Shown here piece by piece: positions 37,158 through 41,570 of a DNA stretch of 41,570 nucleotides. A program made the translations under genes and the position numbers. Within the stretch, counting starts at the first letter, position 1; each line of letters opens with the position of its first letter. The notes beneath the pieces were generated by a model. The model was not told where the DNA came from, did no database searches, and was given only the letters and a program-made list of their open reading frames with translations. The stretch comes from Myxococcota bacterium (GTDB lineage Bacteria; Myxococcota; SpSt-1050): assembly GCA_049969675.1 (NCBI GenBank), contig JBMFOP010000012.1:1-41570 (forward strand). The letters run 5' to 3'.

Positions 37158-37168
37158 GAGGTAATATA

Positions 37169-38701
37169 ATGTCCGTGATAATTACAGGCAAAAATTTAAA
37201 GGTGGAAGATGTGTACAGGGTAGCAGTATTAGGTGAAAAGATTGAACTTCACCCTGATGCAATTGATCGCATTAAGAAATGTCGTGCATTCATTGAGAAG
37301 AAGATTGAGGAAAAGGAGATAATGTATGGTGTAAATACAGGAATAGGGGAACTTGTCAGCGTTGTACTCAATGAGGAACAGATAAAGCAATTTCAAAAAT
37401 ATCTAATCTACAACCATGCTGCTGGTATCGGGGAGCCAGTTCCTATTCCCCATGTGAGGGCAGCAATGCTCAGCAGAATTAATGTACATGCTCAGGGCTA
37501 TTCAGCCTGCAGGCCGGAGGTTACACTTACTTATGTTGATATGTTAAATAAGGGTGTGACACCGGTGGTCTGCACAAAGGGGTCTGTGGGTGCCTGCGGG
37601 GATCTGGCACCTATGTCGCAGATTGCGCTATTGTTGATGGGTGAAGGTGAGGCATTTTACAACGGTGAGAGATTGCCCGGAAAGATTGCACTGGATAGGG
37701 CTGGAATTCCTGTGCCCGGTCTTCAGGCAAGGGATGGACTTGCTGCTATCAATGGTTCAAATCTGATAACAGGTATTTCATCAATAATTGTTTTTGAGAC
37801 AGAGAGATTTTTAAAACAGGCTGAGATCGCCTCAGCAATGACGCTTGAGGCATTAATGGCAAATCTAAAACCTTATGATGTAAGACTTCACAAACTGAGG
37901 GGATTTAAGGGCGCAATCACATCTGCCGAAAATATTATGAAGGTAATTCAGGGCTCAGACCTTATGGATCCTGAGAAAATAAAGGTAAAGGTACAGGATG
38001 CATATTCAATGAGGTCTACTCCTCAGGTGATTGGGGCCGCTCGGGATCAATTGAGATGGACAAGAGAGCAGATTGAGATTGAATTAAATGGGGTTGCAGA
38101 CAATCCGATATTTTTATCAGATGACGGGGTAGTATTGACCGGGGCAAACTTTCAGGGTTCACCAATTTCGGTGCCTGTGGATATGCTTGGGGCTGCAATT
38201 ACGATGGTCTGTGTCCTGTCTGAAAGAAGGCTAAACAGATTATTGAATCCAGCGCTCTCAGTTGGACTACCGGCGTTTCTAACAAAAGGTGCCGGGATGT
38301 TTTCGGGGATGATGCTTTCTCAATATACTGCTGATATGATGATAGTGGAACAGAGGATTCTTTCAATGCCAGCCTCAATTCAATCCATACCTGCTGCGGC
38401 GGACCAGGAAGACTTTGTCTCAATGGGAATGAATACGGCGCTGAAGACCAGACAGATTCTGGACAACGCTTATGGTATTTTAGGCATTGAATTTATGGCA
38501 GCCGCACAGGCGCTTGATTTCAGAAACTTTACATTTGGTAAAGGGACTAATGCCGCGAGAAGAGCGATAAGAGAGGTTGTGGAACATCTTGAAGAAGATA
38601 GACCCTTATATAATGACCACAACAGAATGATGGAGCTTGTAAAAAGTAGAAAAATACTGGATACAGTGGAGAGCGAGATTGGGGAGCTCAGTACATACTA
38701 G
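37169..38701 (+). CDS. MIO-dependent aromatic amino acid ammonia-lyase (HAL/HutH-like) with an Ala-Cys-Gly triad
   Basis: YGVNTG.G, GSVGACGDLAP, GLA.ING, VQDAYS.R..PQV.GA, E.N...DNP, GANF.G, QEDFVSMG. Confidence 0.9.
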   Translation: MSVIITGKNLKVEDVYRVAVLGEKIELHPDAIDRIKKCRAFIEKKIEEKEIMYGVNTGIGELVSVVLNEEQIKQFQKYLIYNHAAGIGEPVPIPHVRAAMLSRINVHAQGYSACRPEVTLTYVDMLNKGVTPVVCTKGSVGACGDLAPMSQIALLLMGEGEAFYNGERLPGKIALDRAGIPVPGLQARDGLAAINGSNLITGISSIIVFETERFLKQAEIASAMTLEALMANLKPYDVRLHKLRGFKGAITSAENIMKVIQGSDLMDPEKIKVKVQDAYSMRSTPQVIGAARDQLRWTREQIEIELNGVADNPIFLSDDGVVLTGANFQGSPISVPVDMLGAAITMVCVLSERRLNRLLNPALSVGLPAFLTKGAGMFSGMMLSQYTADMMIVEQRILSMPASIQSIPAAADQEDFVSMGMNTALKTRQILDNAYGILGIEFMAAAQALDFRNFTFGKGTNAARRAIREVVEHLEEDRPLYNDHNRMMELVKSRKILDTVESEIGELSTY

Positions 38702-39681
38702 ATTTTAATAACCGCTGAACCTATAAATCTACCATTCCTGAGGTCATCAAGTGCCATATTTGTATCTTCAAGTCTGTAAATATTAATTTCGGTCTTAACT
38801 CCAGATTTTTGAGCCAGTTTGAAAAATTCAACTCCGTCCTCCCTCGTGAGATTCGCAACAGATTTTATCATCCTCTCCTCCCATAACAATCTATATGGGA
38901 AAGACGGGATATCTGACATATGAATACCCCCACATATAACCTTTCCACCTTTATTAACAGAACGAAGAGCGGATATAATGAGTTCACCAGCCGGGGCAAA
39001 TATTATCGCCCCATCCAGTTTCTCCGGAGGTAATTCATCAGAATACCCGGACCAGACTGCACCCAATTTTTTTGCAAAATTTATAGACCTTTTATCTCCT
39101 CTTCTGGAAAATGTAAATACTCTTTTCTTTTCATAAATCGCAAGTTGAATCAATATATGTGCAGCGGACCCGAAACCATATATCCCAAGATTTTCAGCAT
39201 CCCTTGTCATATTGTACGCCCTGAATCCAATCAGCCCCGCGCAGAGAAGTGGAGCCGCAGAGAGTGGGTCAAATCTTTTCGGAATTCTAAAGATAAATCT
39301 ATGATTTGCCTTTGTATATTCAGCAAAACCTCCATCTATATTGTAACCCGTATATCTCGCTTTGTCGCATAAATTCTCTCTTTTGGTCCTGCAAAATTTA
39401 CATCTCTGACAGCTGTACCCAAGCCAGGGAACCCCAACTCTATCACCTATCATAAAACCAGTTACATTCTTCCCTTTCTTCACAATTGTCCCGACAATCT
39501 GATGACCCATTACAAGAGGAAGTTTTGGTTCGTTCAGTTCACCATCCAGAATATGTAAATCTGTACGACATATCCCACAGGCCTCTACTTTGATCAGGAC
39601 TTCATTTTGATTGATTTCCGGAATAGGCATATCGGAGAGAATCAACTTCTCTCTTTGTTTGCATAAAACCATTGCTCGCAT
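38698..39681 (-). CDS. Zinc-dependent alcohol dehydrogenase family protein (TIGR02822-like)
   Basis: CGICRTDLH, GHQIVG, structural Zn motif C..C..C.......C, APLLCAG.IG, GIYGFG.AAH. Confidence 0.93.
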   Translation of the reverse strand: MRAMVLCKQREKLILSDMPIPEINQNEVLIKVEACGICRTDLHILDGELNEPKLPLVMGHQIVGTIVKKGKNVTGFMIGDRVGVPWLGYSCQRCKFCRTKRENLCDKARYTGYNIDGGFAEYTKANHRFIFRIPKRFDPLSAAPLLCAGLIGFRAYNMTRDAENLGIYGFGSAAHILIQLAIYEKKRVFTFSRRGDKRSINFAKKLGAVWSGYSDELPPEKLDGAIIFAPAGELIISALRSVNKGGKVICGGIHMSDIPSFPYRLLWEERMIKSVANLTREDGVEFFKLAQKSGVKTEINIYRLEDTNMALDDLRNGRFIGSAVIKI

Positions 39682-39833
39682 AACAACTCCTTTGTTGAAA
39701 AGAAATAATACACAATTATCGTTGATTAATCAAATCCTCTTTAATATTTTGAATTGCTTTAATTTAAATTTTGTTATATATAAAAAGCCAATAAGGAGTT
39801 AAATTCTCCTTTTATTCGATAAGGAGGTTGGAT

Positions 39834-40763
39834 TTGAAAAATTTTGTTATATTTTTATTAATATTTACTTTTGTCTCTTCTGCAAATGCAGCAGGTATTG
39901 CTGTTGTAAAGTCTGATTCGCTAAAGGCATATAATAAGGTCCTGACAGGGATATCACTTGAAAGTAGGGTTCCAGTTGAAGAATTTGATATGAAGGGAGA
40001 TAAGGACAGAGGGCAGAAGGTCTTTGAGCTTCTGAATGCAAAGAGGCCTTCAGTAATTATTACAATTGGGCCGGAGGCGTCTTTACTTGCAAAGAAGATG
40101 ATAAAGGATATACCTGTTGTATTCTGTATGGTTCCAGACCATTCCAAATATGGACTCTCTGGAAATAATATTACTGGAGTATCTGTTCAGCTTCCTCTCA
40201 GAGTACAGCTTACTATCCTGAAATCTGTTACACCAAATGTCAGAAATGTAGGTGTTATATATAATCCAAAGTTAAGCAAAAATACATTTCAGGAATTAAA
40301 TAAGAAGGCGACCGAGCTTGGGATGACGCTGGTTCCTGTGCTGGTGGATGAGTCAGAGGAGGTAGTATCAAATATTCAAACATTGCAGGGGAGGGTAGAT
40401 GCAATATTTCTCTTCCCGGACCCAACCGTGTTAAGTTCAATTGATGTAATCAAAGAAATCATTAAATTCGCTTTTGAGAAAAAGATCTCTCTCTTTGGAA
40501 TCGGGGAGGAGATGGTTAAAGAAGGGGCACTTCTGTCAATCAATCCCGAATATACGGCTGTTGGTCAGCAGACGGCACGCATTGCACAGGATATAATTAA
40601 GCAGAATATTAAACCGGGGCTCATACCTGTTGCAGACCCAGAAAGTGTGAGTATTGCACTTAATATCACAACCGCCAAGAGGATTGGAGTTGAATGTAGT
40701 ATGGCACTCGAGATTTTTACATTTTCTGCCTACAACGAATATCCCATAAGGGTCTTCAAATAA
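39834..40763 (+). CDS. ABC-type substrate-binding protein (ABC_sub_bind-like), secreted
   Basis: Signal peptide ending ANA; IPVVFCMV, N.TGV, VGVIYNP, PD.TV, V.EGAL, G.Q.A. TTG at 39834 fits the AGGAGG spacing better than 39828. Confidence 0.85.
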   Translation: MKNFVIFLLIFTFVSSANAAGIAVVKSDSLKAYNKVLTGISLESRVPVEEFDMKGDKDRGQKVFELLNAKRPSVIITIGPEASLLAKKMIKDIPVVFCMVPDHSKYGLSGNNITGVSVQLPLRVQLTILKSVTPNVRNVGVIYNPKLSKNTFQELNKKATELGMTLVPVLVDESEEVVSNIQTLQGRVDAIFLFPDPTVLSSIDVIKEIIKFAFEKKISLFGIGEEMVKEGALLSINPEYTAVGQQTARIAQDIIKQNIKPGLIPVADPESVSIALNITTAKRIGVECSMALEIFTFSAYNEYPIRVFK

Positions 40764-40787
40764 TATTTTAATAAAAGAGGCGAAAAT

Positions 40788-41570
40788 ATGAGCACTATTA
40801 TAAACATTAACGGAAAATTTTTTACAGAAAAGAATGCGAAGATATCTGTATTTGATAGAGGTTTTCTATTTGGAGATTCAATATTTGAGGTAGTAAGGAC
40901 ATATAATAAAAAGCAAATATTTGGTTTTGATATGCATCTTGATAGGCTATATAAATCTGCCGGGTATATTTCACTTAAATTAAAAAGCAGGGATTTCATA
41001 AAAAGGGAGATCCGAAGGACAATAGAGAGAGGAGATAATCCAGAGTCGTATGTAAGGCTAATAATTACCAGAGGAATTGGAAGAGAGATTGGTATGAATC
41101 CTGATTATGCCTCAGTACCAAATTATATCGTTATTGTAAAGAGGTTTGCTCCCCCACCCGATGAGCCAGAAAAGAGAAGTATTGTTGCAGCCATTGCCTC
41201 TATAAAAAGGAATTATAAAGAGTCTCTAAATCCATTGATTAAATCAGGGAATTACCTCAATAATGTGCTTGCCCATATAGATGCGATGAAGAAGGGTGGG
41301 GTAGAGGCAATAATGATTAATCCCGAGGGATATGTGGCTGAAGGAACAACTTTTAATATATTTATGGTCAAAAATGGTATTTATTATACTCCTCCTCTTG
41401 AGTGTGGAATTCTGGATGGGATTACAAGAAAGGTGATAATTAAACTTATGAAGGAAAATTCTATCAAATTTAGGGAGAAGAGAATTAGACCTCAAGAATT
41501 ACTGAGTGCAGATGAGGTATTTTTTACATCTACTTTGAGAGAGATTCAGCCTGTTATAAAGATCAACGGC
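40788..41570 (+). CDS. Class IV PLP aminotransferase (IlvE/Dat/PabC family), truncated by the window's right edge
   Basis: Not in the ORF track. Manual translation: MSTIININGKF...ISVFDRGFLFGDSIFEVVRTY...HLDRL..SA...IKSGNYLNN...EGTTFNIF...ILDGITR...ADEVF.TST.REI.PV..ING. Confidence 0.93.
   Translation, partial: MSTIININGKFFTEKNAKISVFDRGFLFGDSIFEVVRTYNKKQIFGFDMHLDRLYKSAGYISLKLKSRDFIKREIRRTIERGDNPESYVRLIITRGIGREIGMNPDYASVPNYIVIVKRFAPPPDEPEKRSIVAAIASIKRNYKESLNPLIKSGNYLNNVLAHIDAMKKGGVEAIMINPEGYVAEGTTFNIFMVKNGIYYTPPLECGILDGITRKVIIKLMKENSIKFREKRIRPQELLSADEVFFTSTLREIQPVIKING

Noticed and set aside
37169..38701. Assigning the symbol hutH
   Set aside because: The ACG triad, N-H specificity pair and absence of neighbouring hut genes leave the substrate uncertain.
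40730..41495. Short minus-strand ORFs (40730-40999, 41244-41495)
   Set aside because: Antisense to the class IV aminotransferase starting at 40788.
1..41570. CRISPR arrays, tRNA/rRNA genes, selenocysteine read-through, prophage or defence islands
   Set aside because: No regularly spaced repeats, cloverleaf or rRNA signatures, TGA-interrupted redox motifs, or phage/defence hallmark genes recognised by eye; small ncRNAs could have been missed.

Overview
AT-rich, densely coding bacterial chromosomal segment. The gene content (PxxKW protein, HEAT/HD-GYP pair, Hypr-type GGDEF, myxobacterial-type Cys/Asp repeat, TMTC-like protein) suggests a Myxococcota or other former deltaproteobacterial lineage; heavy AGA/AGG and ATA codon use hints at a thermophile (both inference). 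I can support 35 CDS (two cut by the window edges) and two intergenic patches of decayed insertion-sequence debris (about 2050-3070 and 25130-26100). I found no rRNA, tRNA or CRISPR array. Main highlights: (1) a REC-GAF-GGDEF protein with the Asp-to-Ser signature of 3',3'-cGAMP synthases (GacA type); (2) an HD-GYP protein with an RxxQ motif, as I recall for the cGAMP-specific phosphodiesterase PmxA, in an operon with HEAT, PDZ and cNMP-binding genes, together suggesting a cGAMP make/break/sense circuit; (3) an orphan HAL-like ammonia-lyase whose MIO triad is Ala-Cys-Gly; (4) a lipoprotein with two GILT-like thiol-reductase domains; (5) a YgbA gene fused to the tail of an EVPCC Fe-S protein behind an Rrf2-like operator; (6) an atypical GEG-motif transketolase; (7) a TIGR02757 protein with an EndoIII-like 4-Cys tail. 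All family calls come from motif recognition by eye, not database searches.
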